A stretch of DNA of 61,887 bases from Candidatus Methylomirabilales bacterium (GTDB lineage Bacteria; Methylomirabilota; Methylomirabilia; Methylomirabilales; CSP1-5): contig JBHIAH010000008.1 of the NCBI GenBank assembly GCA_046758505.1, positions 1 to 61,887 on the forward strand, written 5' to 3'. The position numbers were made by a program, and so were the translations under genes. Under the pieces are notes generated by a model that saw nothing but the letters and a program-made list of their open reading frames with translations, was not told the origin of the DNA and searched no databases. This document shows, one piece after another, positions 20,712 through 31,648 of this stretch (positions are counted from its first letter, which is position 1; every line of letters begins with the position of its first letter).

Positions 20712-22627
20712 TATTTATAACTCCTCTGCGTCAAATGGACGTTCTCAAAGTTCAAGGGTTCCTTGTGGAGCACCGCAGCTTCACCGGCCCCCGCGAATTC
20801 CCACGCCGAGACGTACGCGAAATTTTCGTCGTCACGCATCGCCTCTCCCTCCGGCGTCTGGTGCTCGATGCGAAAATGGGTCCCACACGATTCTTCCCGC
20901 TGGAGTGCGTCCCGGAACATCAGCTCGGCAAGCTCAAGGAAATCAACCACCCGGCCCGCCTTCTCCAGGGACTGATTGACCCCCTCATTTTCCCCCATTA
21001 CCCGCACGTTCTTCCAAAACTCCTCACGTAAGCCCAGCAGATGCTCCAGGCCCCGCCGTAGGCCCTCTGCACTCCGCGACATGCCGCAGTACTCCCAGCA
21101 GATCCGGCCTAGCTCCCGATGCAAGGAATCCACGCTCCGCGAGCCACGCGTCGAGAGTAGACGTTGGACCTGGTCAGTGACTTCAGCCTCCACTCGCCGG
21201 AACGCGGAGTGGTCTGTATCAACCTTGGGCTGGTTGAGGAATTGGCCGAGGTAGTCGCCGATGGTCACGGGCAGAATAAAGTACCCGTCCGCCAGACATT
21301 GCATCAGAGAGCTGGCTCCCAGTCGGTTGGCTCCATGATCGGAGAAGTTGGCCTCGCCAAGCACATACAACCCGGGGATCGTGCTCATGAGATTGTAGTC
21401 GACCCAGAGCCCACCCATTACGTAGTGAGGTGCCGGGTAGATGCGCATCGGCACCGTGCGGGGGTCCTCCCCAGTGATTTTTTGGTACATGTCCAGGAGG
21501 TTGCCGTAGCGTTCGTCGATGGTCTTTACCCCCACGTGTTGGATGGCATCCGACAAATCGAGGTAGACGCCAACCCCAGTCGGCCCCACCCCGCGACCTT
21601 CATCGACCACTTCCTTGGCGTTCCGCGAGGAGACATCGCGCGGCGTCAGGTTCCCGAAGGCCGGATACTTCCGTTCCAGAAAATAGTCACGCTCGGCCTC
21701 GGGGATCTCCTTGGGATGTCGGGTATCCCCTTTTCGCTTGGGAACCCAGATCCGGCCGTCATTCCGCAACGACTCGCTCATCAGGGTGAGCTTCGACTGG
21801 TACTCCTCGCTCGGAGGAATGCAGGTCGGATGAATCTGGGTAAAGCAGGGATTCGCAAAGAAGGCCCCACGTCGGCACGCGCGCCAGATAGCGGTGACGT
21901 TACATCCCTTCGCGTTGGTCGAGAGGTAGAAGACGTTGCTATAGCCGCCGGTGGCCAGGACGACGGCGTCGGCGGCGTAAGACCGGATCGCCCCGCTGAC
22001 CATGTCGCGGCTTACGATCCCCCGCGCGTGGCCGTCCACCACCACCAGGTCGAGCATCTCCGTCCGTGGATGCATCGCGACCCTTCCCTGAGCGATCTGC
22101 CGAGACAGGGTCTGGTACACCCCCAACAGAAGCTGCTGGCCTGTCTGACCTTGGGAGTAAAAGGTTCGGGACACCTGCGCCCCTCCGAAAGAGCGGGTGC
22201 CGAGCAGACCGCTATACTCCCGCGCAAACGGGACACCCTGCGCCACACACTGATCGATGATCTCGAGGCTCACCTGGGCCAGACGATAGACATTCGCCTC
22301 CCGGGAGCGGAAGTCGCCCCCCTTGATGGTGTCGTAAAACAGCCGCCTGATACTGTCCCCGTCGTTTCGATAGTTCTTGGGCGCGTTGATCCCTCCCTGC
22401 GCTGCGATGCTGTGCGCCCGCCGTGCGGTATCCTGGTAACAGAAGCAATCGACGTGGTAGCCCAACTCGCCGAGTGTCGCCGCCGCGGCCCCCCCCGCGA
22501 GACCCGATCCGACCACGATCACCCTGAACTTCTGCCTGTTGGCGGGATTGACAAGCTTCAGTGCGAACCGATGATTATCCCACTTGTCTTCAATGGGGCC
22601 AGCAGGGACGTGTGCCTTCAACGCCAT
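20711..22627 (-). CDS. sdhA: succinate dehydrogenase/fumarate reductase flavoprotein subunit
   Basis: [36 protein letters not shown]. Confidence 0.96.
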   Translation of the reverse strand: MALKAHVPAGPIEDKWDNHRFALKLVNPANRQKFRVIVVGSGLAGGAAAATLGELGYHVDCFCYQDTARRAHSIAAQGGINAPKNYRNDGDSIRRLFYDTIKGGDFRSREANVYRLAQVSLEIIDQCVAQGVPFAREYSGLLGTRSFGGAQVSRTFYSQGQTGQQLLLGVYQTLSRQIAQGRVAMHPRTEMLDLVVVDGHARGIVSRDMVSGAIRSYAADAVVLATGGYSNVFYLSTNAKGCNVTAIWRACRRGAFFANPCFTQIHPTCIPPSEEYQSKLTLMSESLRNDGRIWVPKRKGDTRHPKEIPEAERDYFLERKYPAFGNLTPRDVSSRNAKEVVDEGRGVGPTGVGVYLDLSDAIQHVGVKTIDERYGNLLDMYQKITGEDPRTVPMRIYPAPHYVMGGLWVDYNLMSTIPGLYVLGEANFSDHGANRLGASSLMQCLADGYFILPVTIGDYLGQFLNQPKVDTDHSAFRRVEAEVTDQVQRLLSTRGSRSVDSLHRELGRICWEYCGMSRSAEGLRRGLEHLLGLREEFWKNVRVMGENEGVNQSLEKAGRVVDFLELAELMFRDALQREESCGTHFRIEHQTPEGEAMRDDENFAYVSAWEFAGAGEAAVLHKEPLNFENVHLTQRSYK

Positions 22628-22640
22628 CGTGAGTTACCCC

Positions 22641-23384
22641 TTAGGAAATCCAGCCGGTAAGCACCGCTACCGGGAAAGAGATGTTCCCTACCGTGATAAG
22701 CCATGCGAAGGCAATGGCAAAGTTACGACGCCAGTGGTTGAACCTGGGATGATTCCAGCCGAGCGACTGAAAGAGGCTCCAGAGCCCGTGGTAGAGGTGA
22801 AGCCCGAGGGCAAGTTGCGCGACGATATAGAAGCCTGCTACCGGCCATCGCTGGAAGCTCATGACTACGTTATGATAGACGTCCCCGGGTATGAAGCCGG
22901 TGTTTACGGTGCCCCACGTGAGATCCAGCAGGTGGTAGATCACGAAGAGCACGAGGATCACCCCGCCCCATCGCATCGTCCGTGCGGCGTAACTCGCCGC
23001 GACGGTTCGCCTCTGCTCATACCCGAGCGGCCGCGCCTGTTGGTTCATCAAGGTCAGCTGGATGGCAGCGAGGATGTGTAGGCCGACCGCGACCAACAGA
23101 ATGATACGCACGATCCACAGGAGCGTCCCGTACGGAAAGAACGGCTCACCCATGACCCGGAGGTACTCGGCGTAGTGGTTCAGACTTTCCCTCCCCAAAT
23201 ACAGCTTCATATTTCCCAGCATGTGCAGCAAGACATAGCCGAACAGCGCGATGCCGGTCACCGCCATCACGGCTTTCTTGCCCACCGCCGACCGATAGAA
23301 ATCCCCCACGGAGGCCATCCCGGTTTCTCTCGAAATCAGCTTCCCCTCCACCACGCGCCCCACAGATTTCACTTGATTGCTCAT
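22641..23384 (-). CDS. sdhC: succinate dehydrogenase cytochrome b subunit (single membrane anchor)
   Basis: SAVGKKAVMAVTG, HMLGN, His-containing TM helices (LHLYHG); start uncertain (23384 or 23318). Confidence 0.9.
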   Translation of the reverse strand: MSNQVKSVGRVVEGKLISRETGMASVGDFYRSAVGKKAVMAVTGIALFGYVLLHMLGNMKLYLGRESLNHYAEYLRVMGEPFFPYGTLLWIVRIILLVAVGLHILAAIQLTLMNQQARPLGYEQRRTVAASYAARTMRWGGVILVLFVIYHLLDLTWGTVNTGFIPGDVYHNVVMSFQRWPVAGFYIVAQLALGLHLYHGLWSLFQSLGWNHPRFNHWRRNFAIAFAWLITVGNISFPVAVLTGWIS

Positions 23385-23418
23385 GGCACTCCAGTCGACC
23401 CCGAGGTCAGACCCCATC

Positions 23419-23434
23419 CGCACGCCGTGTGCCA
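23419..23434 (-). promoter_or_regulatory. possible sigma54 (-24/-12) promoter upstream of sdhC
   Basis: minus strand TGGCAC-ACGGC-GTGCG with exact GG-N10-GC spacing. Confidence 0.35.
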
Positions 23435-23546
23435 TACGGCACGAGCGACTGTTGCCGGCATTCCCGACGCCAGCATGAGGCGTTCGCTTCTCCCCGGTCC
23501 CTCGACGAGCCGGGTCATGCCTTGGGTGGGTTTCGGTTTCGCCCGA

Positions 23547-24655
<1,109 letters not shown>

Positions 24656-24901
24656 CTACCCCATATTGCCGATGATGGCGTCCCCGAACTGGGAGCACGT
24701 GAGCTCGGTGGCCCCCGTCATCAGCCGGGTAAAGTTCTAGCCCGCATTATTCACGAAGACACTCCGTGCGTGAATAATCCGGGCTAGGTCACCCGCTTCT
24801 GCTGGGGGGATTATGGGGTCGTCGGGGGCGATGAGTTGGCCGTTGGTGAATTGGATCTTGATTCCCGCCAAGGAAGGCCCTCGCTGTCCCTTACTCGTCA
24901 C
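24656..24901 (-). pseudogene. icd: isocitrate dehydrogenase remnant (internal deletion, frameshift, insertion)
   Basis: 24901-24806 reads (GTG)TSKGQRGPSLAGIKIQFTNGQLIAPDDPIIP, like the Icd N-terminus; 24804-24656 reads QQKRVT*[insert]NFTRLMTGATELTCSQFGDAIIGNMG*, like the Icd C-terminus; directly upstream of mdh. Confidence 0.88.
24737..24787. mobile_element. 51-bp palindromic MITE-like or IS-end element
   Basis: CTAGCCCGCATTATTCACG-N13-CGTGAATAATCCGGGCTAG: 19-bp inverted repeats with one mismatch; removing 47 bp restores the icd C-terminal register. Confidence 0.7.
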
Positions 24902-25014
24902 CGTTTCCCCCGGTCAAGTCACAATGCGTCAAAGGAGATGTGAGGTACTCGGCCCACAGGGCGAGCGCCGTCTGATATTCTATTCGGCAGGCCTCCTGCA
25001 TTTCAGCGAGGATA

Positions 25015-25043
25015 AACTTACCATAACACGGGGGAGATGTCAA
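25015..25043 (-). promoter_or_regulatory. sigma70-type promoter upstream of the icd remnant / mdh operon
   Basis: minus strand TTGACA(25043-25038)-N17-TAAGTT(25020-25015) with TG extension. Confidence 0.6.
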
Positions 25044-25087
25044 GACCGATGCCGTCGTCGTTTTTCCATATGAAACAGGAAACCATG

Positions 25088-26329
25088 TCAGGCGCGGGCA
25101 AGAAGATTCGCTGCCACCCGAGACCCGCCCCGGGCAGCGGCGGAGAGGCCACATCCAAGAGGGCTTTCGTGCGAGATAATCAGGAGATTCGTCGGCCGGA
25201 GCCGGCGGTAAGAAAGCAGAATATTTTCCTCCCGCCGCCGTCGGGGTGGAACTGAACAGATCGTGGCCCTTCCCCACCCCGGGAAGACCCGCTCCAAGAG
25301 ACCCATCATGTCTTTTGATGGCCCCTGAAGCATCCGGATTGCGACGGTGCGTTGCTGACGGGGCCGATCATCCGGATTGTCCGCGCTGCTTACGGCAAGG
25401 TGCATGGCCGTCACCGCAGCCCCCTCCCCCGGACCAGCATCGACCAAGAGGACATTCCGCCTCATCTCCCCGGGAATCAACGCTTCGTCTACAAGGACAT
25501 GGGAAACGTGATTCCCGGGGGTCCCCTCGGACTCCACCACCGCATATCGACAGGAAACCACCTCCCCGTGGGTCATCACGACGGCGTGCACCGCTCCCCA
25601 TTTGCGCTTGACCTCCCCTACGACTCCCTCGCGGATTTCTCCACCCAAGCTCCGGAAGCGGGAGATGAGCTGCCCGGTGAATGCTTTTGTTCCACCGCGG
25701 GGGGCGAAGACACCTCGCTGGAGATGGCCAAAGGCCGCAGCGGCCATGGCAACGGTGGTCCGGCACGGCTCGACATGAAAGCAGGCGGCGGCCACCGCTT
25801 CGACCATATTACAAAACGGGCACGGCAGTCCCAACCCCTCCAGAAAAGGCCGGAGACGACGCCTGCCGATCAGGCGGGCGGGGCTCCAGGAAGCGATGGG
25901 CAAAATGGGAACCTCCTTCTGCCTCCCAATCTTTCCGGAGAGATGGCAGAGGCGCTCCGAGCAGTTGAGGATCGCTCGCCAGGAGCCGGGAAACTCTCGT
26001 TGAATTTCTCGCTGCCAGACGGGTCCTAAACCGTAGAAGCCCACGCGGTGGGGGGAGAGGACCACCTGGATCCCCGGCTGCACGCGAACCACAGGGGATC
26101 GACCCTCCTGGACAGCCAGCACAGGATGGAGAACCCCCTTCTCCTCGAATCCCCAAAGTAGGTCCGGAGACCGGTCATGCTCGAACCCCTCCTGGACCCA
26201 ACACATCGAATCCTCGGGCGGCCTCTCCGTGAGCAAGAGCACCCGCCAGCCTCGTTGGGCCAGCAGGGTCCCACAGGTCAGGGCTCCAAGCCCTGACCCG
26301 ACAATCAGGCAGTCAGTCTCTTGGCGCAT
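25088..26329 (-). CDS. FAD-dependent oxidoreductase, phytoene desaturase-like superfamily
   Basis: N-terminal DCLIVGSGLGALTCG Rossmann motif, PRGGT..F...L...F...GG; start overlaps der stop. Confidence 0.6.
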   Translation of the reverse strand: MRQETDCLIVGSGLGALTCGTLLAQRGWRVLLLTERPPEDSMCWVQEGFEHDRSPDLLWGFEEKGVLHPVLAVQEGRSPVVRVQPGIQVVLSPHRVGFYGLGPVWQREIQREFPGSWRAILNCSERLCHLSGKIGRQKEVPILPIASWSPARLIGRRRLRPFLEGLGLPCPFCNMVEAVAAACFHVEPCRTTVAMAAAAFGHLQRGVFAPRGGTKAFTGQLISRFRSLGGEIREGVVGEVKRKWGAVHAVVMTHGEVVSCRYAVVESEGTPGNHVSHVLVDEALIPGEMRRNVLLVDAGPGEGAAVTAMHLAVSSADNPDDRPRQQRTVAIRMLQGPSKDMMGLLERVFPGWGRATICSVPPRRRREENILLSYRRLRPTNLLIISHESPLGCGLSAAARGGSRVAANLLARA

Positions 26330-27668
26330 GCCGGCCCTCCCCCCCGGGAGAGCGTCCCCCGCGAAAGCGGAGCCGAATAGGGTTGCCCTCGAACCCGTAC
26401 GTCGCCCGAAGCTGATTCATGAGATACCGCGCATACGACGGCGAAATGCTGTGGGGATCGTTCACGAAGAGACCAAAGGTTGGCGGCCGACAGCCGATCT
26501 GGATGGTATGCCAGATCTTAATTGGCCGCTTCCGGCGGGTGGGGGGAGGATGTGCAGCCACGACCTCGTTGATGAAGCGATTGAGTTTCTCAGGGGGAAT
26601 GCGGCGGTCTCGTTCTTTGAGCACGCGTTCGACCAGGCTAAAGATCTTGTAGATGCGTTGCCCGGTGAGCGCCGAGACGAAGAGGACCGGAGCATAGTCG
26701 AGATGTCCCAGTTTCTCCCGAAGATGGCGAAGGTGCTCATCGGCGGCCCGGGGACTCCTCTCCACCAGATCCCATTTGTTGACCAGCAGAATGGAGGCAC
26801 ATCCCGCCTCCTGCACAATACCGGCAATCCGAGCATCCTGGCGGACCACGCCGGTGGTCGGATCAAGGAGGATAAGCGCCACATCACAACGCCCGACGCT
26901 CTTGATGGCACGCAGGGTGCTGAAGTACTCCAACGGATAGTCCGTCCGAGCTTTTGACCGGATTCCCGCGGTGTCCACCAAAAGATATCGCTGTCCCTGG
27001 TAGGTAAACGGGGTATCGACGGCGTCCCGAGTGGTCCCGGGATCGGGACTGACGATCACCCGGGGCTCGCCCAAGATCCGATTGACCAGGGAGGACTTTC
27101 CCACATTGGGCCGTCCGACCACGGCAACGGTCACAGCGCCTCCGGTCGCTTCCCCCTCCTTCCCTGGCGGAAGAAGGCCCAGGACGTGATCCAGGAGCTC
27201 CCCCACCCCGATTCCGTGCTCTGCTGAGACGGACAGGACCTCGGCGAACCCCAGCCGGTAGAACTCGGCAGCATGGGAGCCCCTCATCGCGGTGTCCACC
27301 TTGTTGGCCACTGGGATGACCGGTTTGTGCGCCTTCTGCCTGAGCAGCTGGGCAATCTCCTCATCCAACGGGGTCAATCCCTCCCCGGCGTCCAGAAGGA
27401 AGAGAATCAGGTCCGCGCCCTCCATGGCCAGGTGGGCCTGCTCGACGACCCGCCGGCTGATGGGGGCGGGGGCCTTCGGTTCAAAACCGCCGGTATCCAC
27501 TAGGAAGAAGGACCGCCCCCGCCACCGGACCGTCCCGTAGTTACGGTCCCGGGTGACGCCGGGGGTCGCCTCCACAATCGCACGCCGTCCTCCCACCAGC
27601 CGGTTGAAGAAGGTGGATTTCCCGACATTGGGACGACCCACGATGGCAACTGTGGCCAGCCTTCCCAT
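26313..27668 (-). CDS. der: ribosome biogenesis GTPase Der
   Basis: two GRPNVGKS G-domains, GVTRD/GTTRD, DTGG/DTAG, C-terminal KH-like domain (FEGNPIRL); ATG at 27668. Confidence 0.96.
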   Translation of the reverse strand: MGRLATVAIVGRPNVGKSTFFNRLVGGRRAIVEATPGVTRDRNYGTVRWRGRSFFLVDTGGFEPKAPAPISRRVVEQAHLAMEGADLILFLLDAGEGLTPLDEEIAQLLRQKAHKPVIPVANKVDTAMRGSHAAEFYRLGFAEVLSVSAEHGIGVGELLDHVLGLLPPGKEGEATGGAVTVAVVGRPNVGKSSLVNRILGEPRVIVSPDPGTTRDAVDTPFTYQGQRYLLVDTAGIRSKARTDYPLEYFSTLRAIKSVGRCDVALILLDPTTGVVRQDARIAGIVQEAGCASILLVNKWDLVERSPRAADEHLRHLREKLGHLDYAPVLFVSALTGQRIYKIFSLVERVLKERDRRIPPEKLNRFINEVVAAHPPPTRRKRPIKIWHTIQIGCRPPTFGLFVNDPHSISPSYARYLMNQLRATYGFEGNPIRLRFRGGRSPGGEGRHAPRD

Positions 27669-27850
27669 ACTCACCCGTCCCCGTGTATCACCTCTACCAG
27701 AGTAGCATACTGCATCGGTACACGACACGCAACGACGCGGCAGCGCCGCGCGACCGAAGGTACGTCTGTCCGCGATTCGCACGGAAGCAGAGACGAGCTG
27801 GCCGGGGAAAAAGGGGGGGCGAGGAAACGAACGGAGAAGAGTGCCGTCTT

Positions 27851-28399
27851 TTACGCGGGTGAGGCGTTCCGCAAACGGGAGATCAACTCGGCTGTGCCGC
27901 GGTAGATATAGGCCAGCCCGGACAGAAGGGTCACGACCGCCGTTCCCCAGATGAGAGGACCAAGGCGCGCACCCTCCTCCGGCACGGCCATGGCCGCCAC
28001 GATGGTAACGATCTGCAGAACCGTGGCCAGTTTTCCCACCGATGATGGGGGATACCCCAGGCGGCCACTCACCGTGTACAGGATGCAGGATCCCACGATC
28101 AAAATGAGATCCCTCCCCACACACACTCCCGGAAGCCACAGGGGAAGACGTTCCACGATGGCCAAGGTAAAGAAGGACGAACCCAAAAGGATCTTGTCCG
28201 CAAGTGGATCGAGAATCCTCCCGAATTCTGTCCGCTCTCGCCAGGACCGGGCCAAGAAGCCATCGAGTCCATCGGTGACCCCGGCCATCAGAAAGACGAG
28301 AAGCGCCCAGACAACCGCTCCCTCGAGGAGGAGTAACACGATCAGCGGCGCCAACATCATGCGGAGAAACGTCAGCCCATTGGGGAGGTTGAAGATCAC
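27851..28399 (-). CDS. CDP-alcohol phosphatidyltransferase family protein
   Basis: NLPNGLTFLR, DGLDGFLAR...G..LDPLADK signature. Confidence 0.9.
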   Translation of the reverse strand: MIFNLPNGLTFLRMMLAPLIVLLLLEGAVVWALLVFLMAGVTDGLDGFLARSWRERTEFGRILDPLADKILLGSSFFTLAIVERLPLWLPGVCVGRDLILIVGSCILYTVSGRLGYPPSSVGKLATVLQIVTIVAAMAVPEEGARLGPLIWGTAVVTLLSGLAYIYRGTAELISRLRNASPA

Positions 28400-28492
28400 G
28401 GTTTCTGCACCCCTCCGTCCACCCCTGCCGAAAACCTCGCAACAGCCTCCCCCGCCCTCCCCATCACATCACCGGCCTCAATCACCCATGCG

Positions 28493-29629
28493 TCAGATGC
28501 GGACGCCCGCCTCCGACCGAGCCGCGCTCTCTTCGACGCCATCGAGGGTCTCGGCAATCAGCCCCTTGAGCTCGGCGAGCCCTGCACCGGTCCTCGCCGA
28601 CGTGACCACCGAGTGCGGCCGCCGGCTCAGAAAGGCGACCCCCTCCGCATGCGGGAGTCTATCCACCTTGTTGTACACGTTGACCAGCGGCTTTGCAGCC
28701 GCCCCTAGTTCCTCCAGGAGCGTCCATACCGCGTGCTCTTGGCCCTGCCAGTCCGGGTGAGAAATATCGATCACGTGGAGCAAGAGATCTGCCGTCCGGA
28801 CCTCTTCTAGGGTAGCCTTAAAGGCCGCCACCAGTTGATGGGGGAGCTTCTTGATAAATCCCACGGTATCGGACAAGAGGACTGCCCGCTTCCCGGGGAG
28901 GATTACCTTCCGCAATGTAGGATCCAACGTGGCAAAGAACTGGTCAGCAACCGGAAGCCCGGCCCCCGTCAACGCATTCAGCACGGACGACTTCCCGGCA
29001 TTGGTGTACCCCACCAGGGCTGCGGTCGGGATAGCCTGTTTCCGTCGATGCCGACGCAACAGCGCTCGATGACGTCGGACCTTCTCCAGGTCCGCTTCGA
29101 TCTTGACGATGCGGCGGCGAATCCGCCGACGGTCCACCTCAAGCTGGGTCTCTCCAGGCCCCCGGGTGCCGATCCCACCTCCCAGCCGGGAGAGGTCACT
29201 GCCACGACCGGTGAGACGCGGAAGCAGATACCTGAGCTGGGCGAGCTCGACCTGTAGCTTGCCCTCCTTGGACCGCGCCCGCTGGGCAAAAATATCCAGG
29301 ATGAGCCCGGTCCGGTCGACCACCTTTCGCCGCAGCGTTGCTTCAAGATTCCGCTGCTGGGAACCGGTCAGATCTTCATCAAAGATCACCAGGTCCATCC
29401 CCCCTTCGCAGATCTTTCTGATTTCCTGGGCCTTCCCCGGACCGATCAGGGTGCGGGGATCGGGCAGGGATCGCTCTTGGACGAGGCGGGCGGCAGGCTC
29501 GGCCCCCGCCGAGACGGCCAGCTGGGCCAGCTCCTCCAGGGAATCTTCAGCCTCCCATCGGGGCTGGTGCGGCTGCCTGCACCCAACAAGAAGCGCCACC
29601 TCACGCTGGGCAACAGACGTCATTTTCAT
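28493..29629 (-). CDS. hflX: GTPase HflX
   Basis: ILDIFAQRA, GGGIGTRGPGETQLE, GYTNAGKS, DTVGFI; ATG overlaps tyrA stop. Confidence 0.96.
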   Translation of the reverse strand: MKMTSVAQREVALLVGCRQPHQPRWEAEDSLEELAQLAVSAGAEPAARLVQERSLPDPRTLIGPGKAQEIRKICEGGMDLVIFDEDLTGSQQRNLEATLRRKVVDRTGLILDIFAQRARSKEGKLQVELAQLRYLLPRLTGRGSDLSRLGGGIGTRGPGETQLEVDRRRIRRRIVKIEADLEKVRRHRALLRRHRRKQAIPTAALVGYTNAGKSSVLNALTGAGLPVADQFFATLDPTLRKVILPGKRAVLLSDTVGFIKKLPHQLVAAFKATLEEVRTADLLLHVIDISHPDWQGQEHAVWTLLEELGAAAKPLVNVYNKVDRLPHAEGVAFLSRRPHSVVTSARTGAGLAELKGLIAETLDGVEESAARSEAGVRI

Positions 29630-30498
29630 CGAAGTCGTCCGCGCACCTCTTTGGCCCGCTGAAACTCGTGCATCAAGCGCGCTCCATCCTGGGTTCGAAT
29701 CATCGCCTCTATTCGTTCGAGCCCCTCCCGGAATCTGGCGATGGCCTCCAGGATTTCCGTCCGATTTCGAATCAGGATGTCCCGCCACATAATCGGATGC
29801 GACGCCGCGATCCGGGTAAAATCACGAAGCCCTCCAGCACTGAATCTCAAGAGTTCCGCTTCGCCGTCGGCAAGGTTGTGGATGGTTCCAATCAACGCAT
29901 ACGCCACCACATGGGGCAGATGGCTGACCAGGGCAAAGATCTCATCGTGCCGGAACGGGTCCATCAGAACCACCTCGGACCCGACCTCTTCCCAGAGGCG
30001 AATGATCTTCTTGAGTGCATCCTCCGGGGTCCGGCACGTTGGGGTGACCACACAGAGACTTTCCCGAAAGAGGTCGGACGACGCGGCCTCGGGCCCGGAG
30101 CGCTCGGTCCCAGCGATGGGATGCGAAGGGACGTAGGCTCGACCGGCAGGCATGGCTTCCTCCACCTCTTCCACGAGACCGCCCTTCACACTCCCCACGT
30201 CGGTCACAATGCACCCAGGCGCAAGGTGTGGGGCAATCGCCCGGACGACCTCCACCATCGCCCCCACCGGGACCGCCACCACGACGAGGTCGGCACCGAC
30301 CATCCCTGCGGGAAGATCGGCCACCTGGTCCACGAGGCCCAACGCACGTGCCCGGCTCAGGTGGCTCCGGTCGGTATCCAGACCAACCACACAACCGCTC
30401 ATCCTCCCCCGGCAGGCTTGAGCGAGACTGCCACCGATCAGCCCCACGCCGATAACCGCTACCCGTTCAAACAGCGGCCTGTTCCCTCCGTCCGCCAT
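29626..30498 (-). CDS. tyrA: prephenate/arogenate dehydrogenase
   Basis: IGVGLIGGS, TDVGSVK, HPIAGTERSG, SHLPH, DFTRIA. Confidence 0.94.
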   Translation of the reverse strand: MADGGNRPLFERVAVIGVGLIGGSLAQACRGRMSGCVVGLDTDRSHLSRARALGLVDQVADLPAGMVGADLVVVAVPVGAMVEVVRAIAPHLAPGCIVTDVGSVKGGLVEEVEEAMPAGRAYVPSHPIAGTERSGPEAASSDLFRESLCVVTPTCRTPEDALKKIIRLWEEVGSEVVLMDPFRHDEIFALVSHLPHVVAYALIGTIHNLADGEAELLRFSAGGLRDFTRIAASHPIMWRDILIRNRTEILEAIARFREGLERIEAMIRTQDGARLMHEFQRAKEVRGRLR

Positions 30499-30517
30499 GC
30501 CATCCTCTCGGTGTACG

Positions 30518-30604
30518 GTTCATGGTTCACGGATCATGGTGGATGGGTCACCGTCCATGCATCCTGAAGTCCTCACTATGAACCATGAACGCTCAACTAT
30601 GAAC
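30518..30604. repeat. 7-nt periodic inverted array (GTTCA...TGAAC)
   Basis: GTTCA 30518, 30525, GATCA 30532; TGAAC 30579, 30586, TCAAC 30593, TGAAC 30600. Confidence 0.8.
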
Positions 30605-30634
30605 GTCTCCCCCCATGCTCGAAAAGAGGATCGG

Positions 30635-31648
30635 TTACAGGGCCCGACCGACGATGGGTGCCAGTGCTCGCATCTGATCCATGAGTGCATGGAACCGGTC
30701 AGGGATCAAGGCCTGGGGTCCATCAGAGAGGGCCACCTCGGGTTGTGGATGGACCTCGACCATGACCCCGTCCGCACCCACGGCGATGGCAGCCAGAGTC
30801 AGCGGGGAAACGAGATCCCATTTCCCGGCTGCATGACTCGGATCGACGATCACCGGCAGGTGTGAGAGCTGCTTGAGCGACGGCACGGCCGAGAGGTCCA
30901 GGGTGTTCCGGGTATAATCCTCAAAGGTTCGGATGCCGCGCTCGCAGAGGACAATGTTATAGTTCCCCTCGGACATGATATATTCGGCAGACATCAGGAG
31001 TTCCTTGATCGTGGAACTCATCCCCCGCTTGAGGAGAACCGCCTTGCGGTGAATACCCACCTCCTTGAGGAGGCGAAAGTTCTGCATGTTCCTGGCGCCG
31101 ATCTGGATCATGTCGGCATACTTCATGACAAGCTCCGCGTCCCGAGGATCCATCAACTCGGTGACGACCGGGAGGCCGGTGATCTCCCGCACTTCGGCCA
31201 GATACCGGAGCGCTTCCTCCCCAAGCCCCTGGAAAGAATATGGAGAGGTCCTCGGCTTGAAGGCCCCACCCCTGAGCAGGGTGGCCCCGTCCGCCTTGAC
31301 CTGCCTGGCGGTATCCAGCAGCATCTGACGCCCCTCCACCGAGCAGGGGCCGGCAATCACGGCCAACCGCTCTCCCCCCACCGCCACGCCGTTGACCTCT
31401 ACCACGCTTGGCTCGGTCTTGAATTCGCGGCTGGCAAGTTTGAAGGGTTTCACAATGGGGAAGGCCTCCTCGACGCCGGGCAGGGCCTGGAAGGGGACAT
31501 TCCGAAGGATCCGTTCATCCCCAATGGCGCCGATGATGGTTCGCTCCACCCCTTTGGAGATATGGGGCTTGAGTCCGTGCTGGGTAATTCGCTCCACCAC
31601 CTGATCGATATCCGCTTGGGTGGCGGTGGATCGCATCACGATGATCAT
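30635..31648 (-). CDS. aroF: 3-deoxy-7-phosphoheptulonate synthase (type I-beta with N-terminal regulatory domain)
   Basis: IAGPCSVE, KPRTSPYSFQG, QIGARNMQN, DPSH. Confidence 0.95.
   Translation of the reverse strand: MIIVMRSTATQADIDQVVERITQHGLKPHISKGVERTIIGAIGDERILRNVPFQALPGVEEAFPIVKPFKLASREFKTEPSVVEVNGVAVGGERLAVIAGPCSVEGRQMLLDTARQVKADGATLLRGGAFKPRTSPYSFQGLGEEALRYLAEVREITGLPVVTELMDPRDAELVMKYADMIQIGARNMQNFRLLKEVGIHRKAVLLKRGMSSTIKELLMSAEYIMSEGNYNIVLCERGIRTFEDYTRNTLDLSAVPSLKQLSHLPVIVDPSHAAGKWDLVSPLTLAAIAVGADGVMVEVHPQPEVALSDGPQALIPDRFHALMDQMRALAPIVGRAL

Noticed and set aside
21164..22660. Long antisense ORFs (e.g. 21164-22660, 45634-46929, 6450-7682)
   Set aside because: They are shadows of well-supported genes on the other strand, expected from high-GC codon bias, and show no motifs.
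24656..24804. Prophage att-type duplicated icd 3' end
   Set aside because: The icd 5' stub lies immediately upstream and no integrase or island is present, so internal deletion explains it better.
28400..28542. Possible small ORF or gene remnant between hflX and the phosphatidyltransferase (..VIEAGDV..)
   Set aside because: Similarity rests on a few residues and there is no convincing SD; not supportable without a search.
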